A stretch of DNA of 64,000 nucleotides. Origin: Azolla caroliniana. Taxonomy: Eukaryota; Plantae; Polypodiophyta. Of the stretch, positions 1 through 11,000 are shown one piece after another (positions within the stretch are counted from its first letter, which is position 1; every line of letters starts with the position of its first letter). Under the pieces are notes generated by a model. It was given only the letters and a program-made list of their open reading frames with translations, was not told the DNA's origin and did no database searches. Location: the NCBI GenBank assembly GCA_043228905.1, contig JBHGNT010000020.1, forward strand, positions 4,526,001 through 4,590,000. Direction: 5' to 3'. A program made the translations under genes and the position numbers.

Positions 1-106
1 TCCAATTAAGCGTTGTGTCGTAAGTTATCTCGCCGTAACACCCTTTGGTGAAGTGTCTTAAGTGCACACCCTGTGTTAGGCCGTTGTCCGGCCCTAAGGA
101 TTAACA
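1..106 (+). repeat. 3' part of the 5' LTR of a truncated gypsy element A0 (relative of family A)
   Basis: Nearly identical to the end of the LTR at 1940-2403. Ends ...TTAACA and is followed by PBS TGGCGACCACG (114-124), as in A1-A3. Confidence 0.85.
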
Positions 107-161
107 CAGTTTTTGGCGACCACGATTCCTGCACAATCGCAGTGAACAGTGGCGGGAATGG

Positions 162-1373
162 ATGACTAGGCCAACAGACGACCCGGTTACGGAGAGAGCA
201 TGAAGACTTGCTGAACGGCGAAGGCGGCGAGAGGCTTTCCAGCAAGTGGCAGAAGAAATCCGATCGGATCAATCGTTTTCCAAAGTTATCCGGAAAGTGG
301 TGGAGGAGTCGCTCCGTCTGCAACAAAACACCTACTCGGACGAAGGAAGCAGCTTAAGCAGTCTCCAGGAAGCGGAATCCCTTCTCCAGGCCTTGGCTGA
401 AGCATTTTCGACGCTGGAATCGGATTCGGAAGGGGGTTACAGTGCGCACACGAACTATCGCAACAGTAACGACACCCCAGGAGGACCGGAGGACGAGGAG
501 TCGGATACATTACCAACACCGGAACCAGAATTGTCAGACCGGGAACCTCCGACACTAGACGTGGAGCAACCTCCGGAGACGGAAGAGGACAAAGAAAGAC
601 CTCTGACTTTGACAGAGGACCAGTAACGACCTCCGACAGAAGAGCAGGAAAGACCACCGACACCGCCAACCTGCACACCGACATCGGACGACGACATGCC
701 GTTCTAGTACCCCAAGTATAGGGATGACCCGGACGCGGAGGCTCATGTTCACGCTTTTCAACAAACATGGGAGGCAAACCATGTGTCACAACGGTTAACC
801 ACAGCCGAAGAGGAACAATCTAAGATAGCCGAAGTCGGCGTGACATTGGAAGGATCGGCCGCCAGATGGCACCGGACGCAGGACCCCAGCACCATCACGA
901 CCTTTGCGGACCTGAAAGCTAAATTCTTGCACTTCTTTCAAAAGGAGGTGGACCAGAGAGAAATGGTGGGCCTATTTTATACCATCCGACAGGACCCTGG
1001 GGAGAGCATTCCGCAATTTGTCATCCAGTTTCAACGGATGAACAATCAGCTTACCCGACCACCTCCGGAGGAAGAAACACAGGCGATATTCTTAGCCGCA
1101 CTCTGGGAACCTCTACGTACGGTATGCACGGTCATCGACTTTCGCACAAGTACCATCGACCAGGTCATCGACCGGGTTAGAGAAATGGAGAAAACAAGCT
1201 CTTGGCTAACAATGAGAGCACTCCAACGAGCGTTACCAACCGATGAGGATCTCGGGTTTCGACAGGCCATTCAATGCACCACATGCCTAAATGCCGGACA
1301 CTGAGCACTAGAATGTACCATGCGGTCGCAATGTCTACTGTGCCATTCCAGGAACCACACAATGGAACAGTGC
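162..1373 (+). pseudogene. gag: Degraded gag of gypsy A0, truncated after the second zinc knuckle
   Basis: ORFs 246-626 and 783-1304 are homologous to A1/A3 Gag (EGSSLSSLQEAE, SQRLT, CTTCLNAGH). In-frame stops are present. Confidence 0.9.
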
Positions 1374-1415
1374 TGGGAAGATCCGGAAGAGCTGGGAAAA
1401 CCCCAAGTTCAGCTT

Positions 1416-1825
1416 GAGGGGGAGTGTGTAGATACAAACTCAACATTGGGTGAGTAAACCAGTGCGTAGACTGAGTGTGTAAACCAGGTGCGCAGCAAGA
1501 GGCCCTAGCGATGCGTAAACTGGGACGTCGTTGGACAGATATTCCGTAGAGGAATATATTTTGGGAGTGTAAAGAGTCATTGATGAGAATTGAAGTACAT
1601 GTCAATACTTATGTTAGTCCGTATGGACTTGTATAAATGTGCTCTGATACCATGGAAAAGAATACCTAGGGAAGCTTAACAGACACAACCAGGTAGCAAC
1701 AGATGAACAACAAGGAAGGTTTAATGGAAAGCTTGCTTAACACAACATACACGGGAGAGACAGAGAGATAGAGAGCAAGAACAGAAAACTTAATTCCAAA
1801 ACAACAGTCTAAAACTCTGTACATA
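1416..1825. repeat. Rearranged copia LTR: PPT plus 5' half on + (1425-1640), then tRNA-iMet PBS plus LTR 3' half inverted (1641-1825)
   Basis: GAGGGGGAG precedes a copy of the 2756 LTR start. GCTCTGATACCA (1641-1652) is the reverse complement of TGGTATCAGAGC. 1653-1825 is the reverse complement of about 2980-3164. Confidence 0.75.
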
Positions 1826-1939
1826 GTGACCGCGAAGCTAACTCAGATGAAGAATTCGATTTCGGGTTGGCTGAAGTAGCCAAAGGCAGAAACAAGGGCA
1901 ACAATCGAAAGGAAGAGACGGAGTCAGCTGAACAAGGGG

Positions 1940-2403
1940 TGTTACCCGACCGACAAATGAGCTAAGGACGGGAAAGACTAGGGTGTGAAAAGGGGAATTA
2001 TTATTTGGGCATCTGTTGAAATTACTAGTCTTAATATATATATTAGTATATGAGAAGATGTGGATGGACGGACCGGAATCGGTATGCCGATCCGGATCTG
2101 GACCGATTCCAAATAGGTGCCGGTTGGCACCGTTTTGTACTTCGCACCGGTGACCTATATAAAGGCTTGGTTACAATGTAGTCATTAACGGAGAGTAATA
2201 TAAACCTTTTGTTTAATCATTGAGTATTGTTCACCGTTCTGTGCTTATTGTATATCTTACGCATGTTAATGACGTATTGCTAAGTAACCGATTAAGGTCC
2301 AATTAAGCATTGTGTCGTAAGTTATCTCGCCGTAACACCCTTTGGTGAAGTGTCTTAAGTGGACACCCTGTGTTAGGCTGTTGTCCGGCCCTAAGGATTA
2401 ACA
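1940..2403 (+). mobile_element. Solo LTR of the gypsy A0 family
   Basis: TGTTA...TAACA termini, AGGGG on both sides (1935-1939, 2404-2408), and its 3' part matches 1-106. Confidence 0.85.
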
Positions 2404-2755
2404 AGGGGGAGATGAAGCCAAGAAGGGTGAAAAGGCCAAGACCAAGACCTGGTCTGATGTGGTTAAGGGCCTGAAGACAGAAGAAGAATCGAAGATAGCC
2501 AATTCGGTTCGAATGTTCGATTCAGAGATGCCGAATCAACTGAAGGCCACGCGGAGGAAAGGGAAACGGAAGAGGTGCCAACACCGCGAGAGCAAGGGAG
2601 GTCAAAAAGGCCGCATGAGCAGACAAGCGGACCGAAAGGGTTGAGGCACGCGGAATCGAACAGGTCGAGGAGCGCAAGCGAGGCGTGAAGTCAGGGAAAG
2701 CCGGAGCGAAGATTCAGAAGAGCATGCGGAACCTCAAGTTGAGCTTGAGGGGGAG

Positions 2756-3027
2756 TGTTGAGATACAAGCTCAACATTGGGTGTGTAAACCGGTGCGTAA
2801 ACCAAGTGCGCAACGAGAGGCCGTAGTGGTGCGTAAACTGGGACGCCATTGGACGGATATTCCATAGAGGAATATAGTTTGGGAGTTAGTGTAGAGGCTA
2901 ATCGATGAGCATTGAAGTACGTGTCAATACTTTTGTCAATCCATATGGACTTGTATAAAAGTGCTCTTTGAGCACATTCTATGTACAAAGTTTTAGAGTG
3001 TTGTTTTGGAATTAAGTTTTCTGTTCT

Positions 3028-3064
<37 letters not shown>

Positions 3065-3164
3065 ATGTATGCTATGTTAATCAAGCTTTCCATTAAACCT
3101 TCCTTGTCGTTCATCTGTTGCTACCTGGTTGTGTCTGTTAAGCTTCCGCACGTATTCTTTTACA
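2756..3164 (+). repeat. Ty1/copia 3' LTR preceded by PPT GAGGGGGAG
   Basis: TG...CA termini, TATAAA, (TC)n tract. The homologous copy at 1641-1825 adjoins an iMet PBS. Confidence 0.75.
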
Positions 3165-4569
3165 CGGATGTATGGGGACCGGCAAGTTTCATGAGCATGG
3201 GCGGGAGTCGATACTTTGTCTCCTTCATCAATGACTTTAGTCGACACACTTGGGTCTATCTAATTGAGAAGAAGAATGAAGTCTTCTCATGTTTCTGGTA
3301 CTTAAAGAAAATTGTTGAACGAGAGACTGAAAGAAAGATCAAGTGTCTAAGGTCGGACGGCGGAAAAGAATACTTTTCCGGCCAGTTCACGAGCTATCTG
3401 CAAACCAAGGGAATCCGGAGGGAGTTCTCCTGCAAATACATGCTAGAGTAGAGAAACATGGCTGAGAGAAGGAACCGGACAATGGTAGAATATTGGAGGA
3501 GAAGAGACACACTTGGGTCTATCTAATTGAGAATAAGAGCGAAGTCTTCTAATGTTTCTGGTACTTAAAGAACCTTGTTGAACGGGAGACTGAAAGAAAG
3601 ATCAAGTGTCTAAGGTCGGATGGCGGAAAAGAATACTTTTCCGGCCAGTTAACGAGCTATTTGCAAACCAATGGAATCCAGAGGGAGTTCTCCTACAAAT
3701 ACATGCTAGAGTAGAGAAACATGGTCGAGAGACGGAACCGGACAATTGTAGAATATTGGAGGAGAAGAGCATGCCCAGACTTTATTGGGCTGAAGTGATC
3801 TAGACGACTGTCTATATACAAAATCGGATCTCTGCTCCCAGAGGGAAGCTGTCACCACATGAGCTAAATTTCGGGCGAAATACGAACTTGGCACACCTGA
3901 AGGGGTTCGATAGTATTGCATATGTGCATATATCGGACGAGAGACGAAGGAAGCTGGATGCCAAGGCCGAGAAATGTATCTTCATTGGCTATTCGCATGA
4001 GCAAAAGGGGTACAATTTTTACAATCCTTGGACAAAGCAAGTGCGAGTGAGCGCATTGTCGTCTTTGACGAATCAGCGTCTTGGTACTTGTGCCTTGGTA
4101 CAATGACTATATGGCGCATCACTATGCGTATATGGCGAAGGTGATGGAAGTGCGTGGGTTGGAGAGCTATGTAGAGGTGACGAAAGACGCTAATTGGCGT
4201 GTTGCTATGGAGGAAGAGATGCACGCATTAGCGGAGAATGAGACGTGGGACTTCATTGATGCCCTCAAAGGTGTTAAGTCAATCGGGTGTAGGTGGGTGT
4301 ACAAGATCAAGTACAATGCCGATGGCTCCGTCAATCGATACAAGGGTCGACTAGTGGCCAAAGGCTACTCACAGGAGCACGACATCGACTACATCGAGTC
4401 CTTCGTGCTGGTTTCCAAGATGACAACCGTCTAGGTGTTGTTGGCGGTAGCGGCCGTGAAGGGCTAGCACCTACACTAGATGGACGTGAAAAACGCATTC
4501 CTGCAAGGAGGTCTCCAGGAACAAGTGTATATGATGCAACCTCCCGGATTTCAGTCCGAATTGAGCACG
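3165..4569 (+). pseudogene. pol: Ty1/copia integrase and reverse transcriptase remnant
   Basis: Motifs DVWGP, YFVSFINDFSR, KIKCLRSDGGKEY, KLDAKAEKCIFIGY, IGCRWVYKIK, RLVAKGYSQ and MDVKNAFLQG in INT-then-RT order. Contains stops, deletions and a 263-bp tandem duplication. Confidence 0.93.
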
Positions 4570-4756
4570 TGTCATGATATTGCAATATTCGAACCCACGA
4601 CCTTATATTACATGGGTCGAGCCCTTGCCATTAGACTATACATTGTAATACGAAGGATATTATTTTCATTTATTATTTCACTATAGAAAATTGATGCATA
4701 TTCCAGATTTCTCTAGAACATTCTAGAAACTTCAGGAGTACTCCTGAAAACACTAT
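4570..4756 (+). repeat. B1 5' LTR, U3 part (split by D1 at the TATA box)
   Basis: Starts TGTCATGA and aligns with the reverse complement of the B3 LTR. Confidence 0.85.
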
Positions 4757-5007
4757 GGGTAAAAGCATGCGAGTGGAAACACTATTATAGCTAATTAGTT
4801 ACTAAAATGGCCATAGCTAATTAGCTATTTGTTTAGCTAGTCTTTTTTGTGGGAAAATCAAATATTTGAAAAACTAATTTATGAAAAAACTCAAATATTT
4901 GAACTTCTGTTTCAGACGTAGTGGAACTTGGGGAATAGCACCATCATTTAAGGTCGACTTCAATGTCATCAATTTCCTGTTTAGCCTAAGTCTGATTTTG
5001 AACGCAG

Positions 5008-6604
5008 ATGGAGTACTCAGAGCACGGACGCAGACGTAGCTCCCGCAACAACAGAAAATCGACATTGCAGATTGAGAGCTACAACACAGAACCCGCTCGA
5101 TCATCGTCCAGGTATGTTTCAGTTACAGAAACCCCAAACATTTGTTTTTTCTTTTTGACTACTGTCTGAACTTTGGTGCCGATTCATATTTCCCCAAAAT
5201 CGAATAGGGCGAAGTCCTTGGAGTCCCATACAAGGATGTCTCGCAAATCAGGGAGTAGCAACATGTGTGTTTATATTACTTTTTTTGTGTTTAATCCTGT
5301 CTTTAGTGATGATTGGGGTTTCTGATTGAAATTTCTGATTAGGGTTTTTGTTTATAAATTTCTGATTAGAATTTCTGATTAGGGTTTTTGATTACAAATT
5401 TCTGATTAGAATTTCTGATTAGAATTTTTGAATAGGGTTTCTGGTTACAAATTTTGATTACAGATTAGAATTTCTGAATAGGGTTTTTGTTTATAAATTT
5501 CTGTTTAGGATTTCTGATTAGGGTTTGTGATTGAAATTTCTGATTAGGGTTTTTGATTGAAATTTCTGATTAGGGTTTTCGATTATAAATTTCTGATTAG
5601 AATTTCTGAATAGGGTTTCTGGTTACAAACTTCTGATTACAGATTTTGATTAGCGTTTTTGATTTCAAACTTCTGATTACAGATTTTGATTAGGGTTTCT
5701 GATTTCAAATTTCTGAATACAAATTATGATTAGGGTTTCTGATTTGCTAAGTTAAAGATTTTGCACCATTTTTGTTGTTGTTGATTGGGGTTTTTGATTC
5801 TCACATATTCTGATTTTGCACTATTTTTTATTTCTGAAATGATATTTCAGATGGCTCGTTCCTCCGTATACGAGAGTGCTAAACTTCACAAAATTTTGCG
5901 AGACAAAGGAGGACTTCCACAACACCTATGGTCTGTCACTCGAGGGTGTTGACCCTACTGTCCTAAGTGATAAATTGATCAGTGATGTAGACTGGATGAC
6001 AGTATATACAGTGCCTAGAGTCAAAGGCAAGGTTAAGCTGAAGCATGTACGAGCCGACTTGTACGATGACTGCATGAGACTGCACCAGAAAGTTCATCAG
6101 GAGATCCCAGTCAACAATGAGTTGTCAGTTTCATTTGCTAGAGCATTTGCATATGAGTACTGCAAAACAACGAAGGAATCTAGAGACCCTCAAATGTATA
6201 GGGTAGCTTGGGCAGTCTATGGTGAGGCATCGGTAAAAAGATGTCGAAAGATGGGGACCTTGGCACAAAAAATAGACAGATTTTGGAGCATGGCAGTTGT
6301 TGATGCAACTGCCGACTCCCAGCAAGACCAGGGGCATACACCACACCGACACCCAAGGAAAGCCAATGTCGATGATATAGGTGAGACATTGGTTAGCTAT
6401 ATGCTAAAAAATGTCCATGAAGCCTGTGAGACATTGACATGTTTTAAGACTGATTTAGAGAAAGCCACAATGGCTTCTGTAATGGAGAGCAAAGTTACTT
6501 CCGCTGTTACAACGATTAGAAATAAGATTCAAGTAACTATTGTTTTGCTGGTATGTGATTGTGTTATAAATAACTTTAAGGGTAAAATGTGCAAACTGTA
6601 TTAG
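5008..6604 (+). CDS. Spliced accessory gene of D1, unknown function (exon 5008-5111, intron 5112-5850, exon from 5851; 3' end uncertain or deleted)
   Basis: AG|GTATG donor and TTTCAG acceptor join in phase 2 into the 242-aa ORF (...SSR|WLVPPYTRVLNFTKF...). Confidence 0.65.
5310..5750 (+). repeat. Intronic degenerate tandem repeat (AAATTTCTGATTAGGGTTTTTGATT-like)
   Basis: Many copies of TTTCTGATTAG and TAGGGTTT are directly visible. Confidence 0.85.
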
Positions 6605-6609
6605 TTAGG

Positions 6610-6794
6610 GATGCGCTATGGTGACGTAGTAGATTAACAGAGTCCTTCAGAAAACCCATCTGTACATGGTAAATGCAACAACATGTGTATCATTCCTTTA
6701 AGCGTCTCACAAAGTGTGGCTTAAGAGACTCGAATGTTCGTAGTTGAACTTTGATAGTTGGATGCATTCGTTTGAACCTAATAAATAAATCGAC
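6610..6794 (-). pseudogene. D1 transposase exon 2 (premature TGA at 6690-6692, truncated)
   Basis: Acceptor TTACGCAG|. Translates VDLFIRFKRMHPTIKVQLRTFESLKPHFVRRLKE*YTCCCIYHVQM, in phase 0 with exon 1. Confidence 0.75.
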
Positions 6795-6825
6795 CTGCGT
6801 AATAAAGGGGAATTAGTTATTCTCG

Positions 6826-7512
6826 TAACTAGCTAACTATCCTAGTAGCTATTCTAGTAGATAATTAGCTATTCTAGTAGCTTATTAGCTATTCTAGAAG
6901 CTAATTAGCTATCATGGTAGCTAATTAGCTGTCCTAGTAGCTAATTAGTTATCATGGTAGCTAATTAGCTGGTCTAGTAGCTAATTAGCTATCATGGTGG
7001 CTAATTAGCTTTCCTAGTAGCTAATTAGCTATCATGGTAGCTAATTAGCTGGTCTAGTAGCTAATTAGCTATCATGGTGGCTAATTAGCTTTCCTAGTAA
7101 CTAATTAGCTATCATGGTAGCTAATTAGCTGGTCTAGTAGCTAATTAGCTATCATGGTAGCTAATTAGCTGGTCTAGTAGCTAATTAGCTATCATGGTAG
7201 CAAATTAGTTGGTCTAGTAGCTAATTAGCTATCACGGTGGCTAATTAGCTGTCCTAGTAAGCTAATTAGCTATCATGGTAGCTAATTAGCTGGTAATAAC
7301 GAAATAGCTAACTAGCTACCATGATAACTAACTAGCTACCAGTACAACTAATTATCTGGTAGTACCTAAATTAGCTATTGAGAATAGCTAATTAGCTATC
7401 ATGGTAGTAGCTATTGAGAGTAGCCAGTTACCTATGTAGTAGCTATCCTAGTAGCTAACTGAGGTAAATGTAACTGATAAGCTAATTAGCTTTTCTGCTA
7501 ACTGAGCTAATT
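6826..7512. repeat. About 20-bp tandem repeat with palindromic core AGCTAATTAGCT, inside the transposase intron
   Basis: Alternating GCTAATTAGCTATCATGGTA and GCTAATTAGCTGGTCTAGTA units. The same core also lies next to both TIRs. Confidence 0.93.
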
Positions 7513-8000
7513 AACTTTCCGTGTAGAGTCAAAACAAATGTTGAGATAAATGTAAATACCTGAGGTACATCAAGAAGTGTTGGCCGGTCAGAGAAGGCAA
7601 ATGGGAAAGCAAGGTCGGATCGGATAAATATAGAAATAGGAATAGAATTATTAGGAGGGACGGATCCGGTAGTTGTAACCGATCCGGATCCGAACCGATT
7701 CGGTTTCGGTTAACGGTTGCCTACCGAGCACCGATTGTAATCTGGCCGGATGCCTATAAAAGGATCTGATGTTTTGTAATGAAGTGGCGAAGAATTAATA
7801 TAGTTTTGCTTATGCTGATTAATCTTGTCTTCGTCTGTGCTTAAGTGTAATTATCATACGCGTGTATTAACATCCTATCCCTACCACCCCTTTGGAGAAG
7901 TGTCGGATAGACACCTGTGTTGCGGCTAGTCCAGCCATACATACAACACTATTTTGGCGACCACGATTCCTGCAGAGTGCAGAGGACAACCGGGGGATGG

Positions 8001-11000
8001 ATGTCTAGACAAAATAACGACCACATCACCGAAAGAGGGAGACGCCACGCCGAACGGCAGCGACGACGGGAAGCCCTGCAGCAAGCCGTCGACGAGATCC
8101 GGCGCGATCGGTCATTCTCAAAAACGCTTCGGCAAATCGCAGAAGACGCACTGCAGTTCCAGGTTCTACAAGCTTCCGACGAAGGCAGTAGCATAACCAG
8201 CCTCCAAGAAGCGGAGACACTACTACAGACTCTCGCTGGCGGCGACGGGGACGCAGCGGCATTTGCAACATTAGAGGCGGATTCGGAAAGCGGGGAAAGC
8301 GTGGGATCCCGCTATAAAAGCAGCCACGAGAACAACCCCTTTGAGTCGGATCACTCAGCAACATCGGAGCCAGAGGAGGAAATAACTCTGGAGTTCGGTG
8401 ACCGGCAATCGCCGAGGAGGGAGGAGCGGATACCAACACCACCCGCGGAGGAACCGCAGGAGCGGTTATCAACACCACCTGCGGAGGAACCGCAGGAGCG
8501 GATACCAACACCACCCGCGGAGGAACCGCAGGAGCGGTTATCAACACCACCCGCGGAGGAACCGCAGGAGCGGATACCAACACCACCTGCGGAGGAACCG
8601 CAGGAGCGGAGACCGACATCGGAGGAACCAGCGCAGGAGAATCAGTGGGACGACACGATGCCGTATCCGTACCCAAAGTATCGGGATGAGCCCGACGGAG
8701 AGGCACATGTGTATGCATTCCTGCGAACATGGGAAGCCAACCACGTGTCCCAGAGACTGACGGAGCCCGAGGCCGACCGATCCAAAGTCGCCGAATTCGG
8801 CATGACATTAGAGGGACCGGCGGCCCGGTGGCACGCCAAGCACTTACCAGGCAGCTTCGCCACGTTCGAGGCATTGAAAACCCAGTTTTTACGCTTGTTT
8901 CATAGACGAGTGGAACAAAGGGAATTGGTCGGACAATTCTACACCACTCGGCAGGGAGAAAACGAGACGGTCCCACAATTTATCATTCGTTTCCAGACCT
9001 TGCACAGTCAATTAGCAAGAGCACCACCCGAAGAGGAGGCCAAGGCAGTCTTTTTGGCTGCGTTAAAAGACCCACTTCGAGCGATGTGTGGAATCCTCGA
9101 TTTCAGCACCAGCACAATGGACCAAGTCATTGATCGGGTCCTGGAAATGGACAACACGAGCCCCTTCTTGCCGATGGGGGCGTTACACCAGGCGCTTCCG
9201 AAGGAGGAGGACCTCCGGTTCCGACAAGCCCTACAATGCACAACATGCCTAAATTCGGGGCACTCGACCGTCGACTGCACCCTGCGTGCACAGTGCATGA
9301 TATGCAATTCTCGCGCCCACACAACAAACCGATGCGAGTATAACCTATTAACTCGACAAGCGGCACCGGTCCGACACATAGAACCGCGCAATCGGGACCC
9401 GGAAGAGGATCGATTCCGGAGGGACGACCGTTACCGACGAGAACGCGGCGACAGATACCCCGATAGAAGACGCGACAGCTATGACCGAGAGGAGAACCGC
9501 AGGGATAGCTACCCCCGGGACCGGTACGACCGAGACGAATCCCCGGAATACGAGCGACGTAGAGAAGACAGGCGGCCAGGGAACCGGAATTTCCGACGGA
9601 ACCAAAGGCGTGGATTCTTCCGTAGAGAGGAGCGTCGGGAGGCAACAAGGAATGACAAACCAGTAGCGGCACCGGAAAACCGAAAAACCGAGGACAACCG
9701 CCGGGGAATGCCCCTTCCCCAAACATGGGAAAAAGGAGAATCCAGCAACACGCACAGGGTGTACTGTTATTACTGCCGAAAAGAAGGGCATTACAGTAAT
9801 CAATGCCCAAGCAAAACAGCCGACAAGCAGCCAGCAGTCAACATGGTGACAGCCGAAGTACAGCAGGTTACCACGCGGTCGAAGGGGAAGGCCGTCGAAT
9901 GGGAAGCCCAGGAAGCAATCAGAAAACAAGCGGCACAATGGATCAAAGAAGCCAATGAACAAGGTGCGGCGGAAGTAAGAAACCAAAATATGCCAAGGGA
10001 GGAGGAAATCGTACAGCCAGGAGAAAACCCGACATGGCAAGCACTACAAGATTGTCAGATCGTGCTGCCGTTGGCACGGTTACTGCAGTTGGTGCCGCGG
10101 TTTACAGCAGACTTACAAGCCGCCGTGAGCAAACCGACGCCGACGCCAGCACCGGCATTTTTCTCCAACCCGGAGGAAGGCCCAGCGGTGGTTGATACCA
10201 GTAGCCCAGCAGTCACGACAATCGTCAAAGGAAAGGAGATTCCAGGAACAATTATTGACGGAGGCTCCGGGGTGAACGTCATTAGTCGACAGACATGCGA
10301 CGACCTAGGCATCCAGGAGTGGGAACCATGCCCCTTCTGGTTACACATGGCGGATACAAGCTCAGTCCGACCAACCGGTCTTATCCGGGACTTGGAAGTA
10401 ACAATAGGAGGCCACGTATTCCGAATATCGGCCGTGGTACTAGAGCTGAATGTACAAGGCGCATATCCCCTACTGTTAGGACGACCATGGCTGCGAACGG
10501 CGCATATCAAGCAAAACTGGCAAAAGAATATGATCACGTTCCGACGAGGGAAAACAAAGGTACGGGTAGCCACGCAACCACGGGTGCTCACTAGCAAGGA
10601 GGCAACCCCTTTATATGCCAAAAGCATCAACATGTTGGAGGGCTTACCGGATGAGGAAGTTGATCGGTACCTCGAGGAACACCCACAGATCGTCCCACTT
10701 TTTGAGGTGGATATCACGGCAGCAGTAGAGCCGTACATCACAATGCCGGACGAGCCGGACAAAGTGGCGATCCGGGAACTACGCCAAGCACAGGAAGCCC
10801 TAGAAAGAGAAATGACGATATCCCAAAGGGTGAAAGCATCCCAGCTGGAAGAGGTGGACCTCGGCACAACAGAACAACCCCGACCGGTAAAAGTCGCGAA
10901 GGAATTGTCGAAGGAGGAAAAACAGGCAATGGTAGCACTGTTAACGGATTTCAAGGACGTGTTCGCATGGTCATACGAAGACATGCGAGGGTTGGACCCC

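Noticed and set aside
1940-2403. This LTR as the 3' LTR partner of A0 at position 1
   Set aside because: It has its own AGGGG duplication on both sides within contiguous copia-associated sequence, so a solo LTR fits better. Some doubt remains because the left AGGGG could be part of a PPT.
5335-5745. TAGGGTTT motifs as interstitial telomere
   Set aside because: They are embedded singly in a longer repeat unit and never form (TTTAGGG)n runs.
7917-8000. N-terminal extensions of Gag-Pol (7917 in A1, 39733 in A3) and of ORF2 (46018)
   Set aside because: They use non-ATG starts and differ in frame between copies. The conserved ATGs are at 8001, 39781 and 46255.
10055-10984. 309-aa antisense ORF conserved in A1, A2 and A3 (also 30676-31605 and 41925-42854)
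   Set aside because: It mirrors pol codons, is S/T-rich and has no motif. Codon bias of the GC-rich sense ORF explains it.
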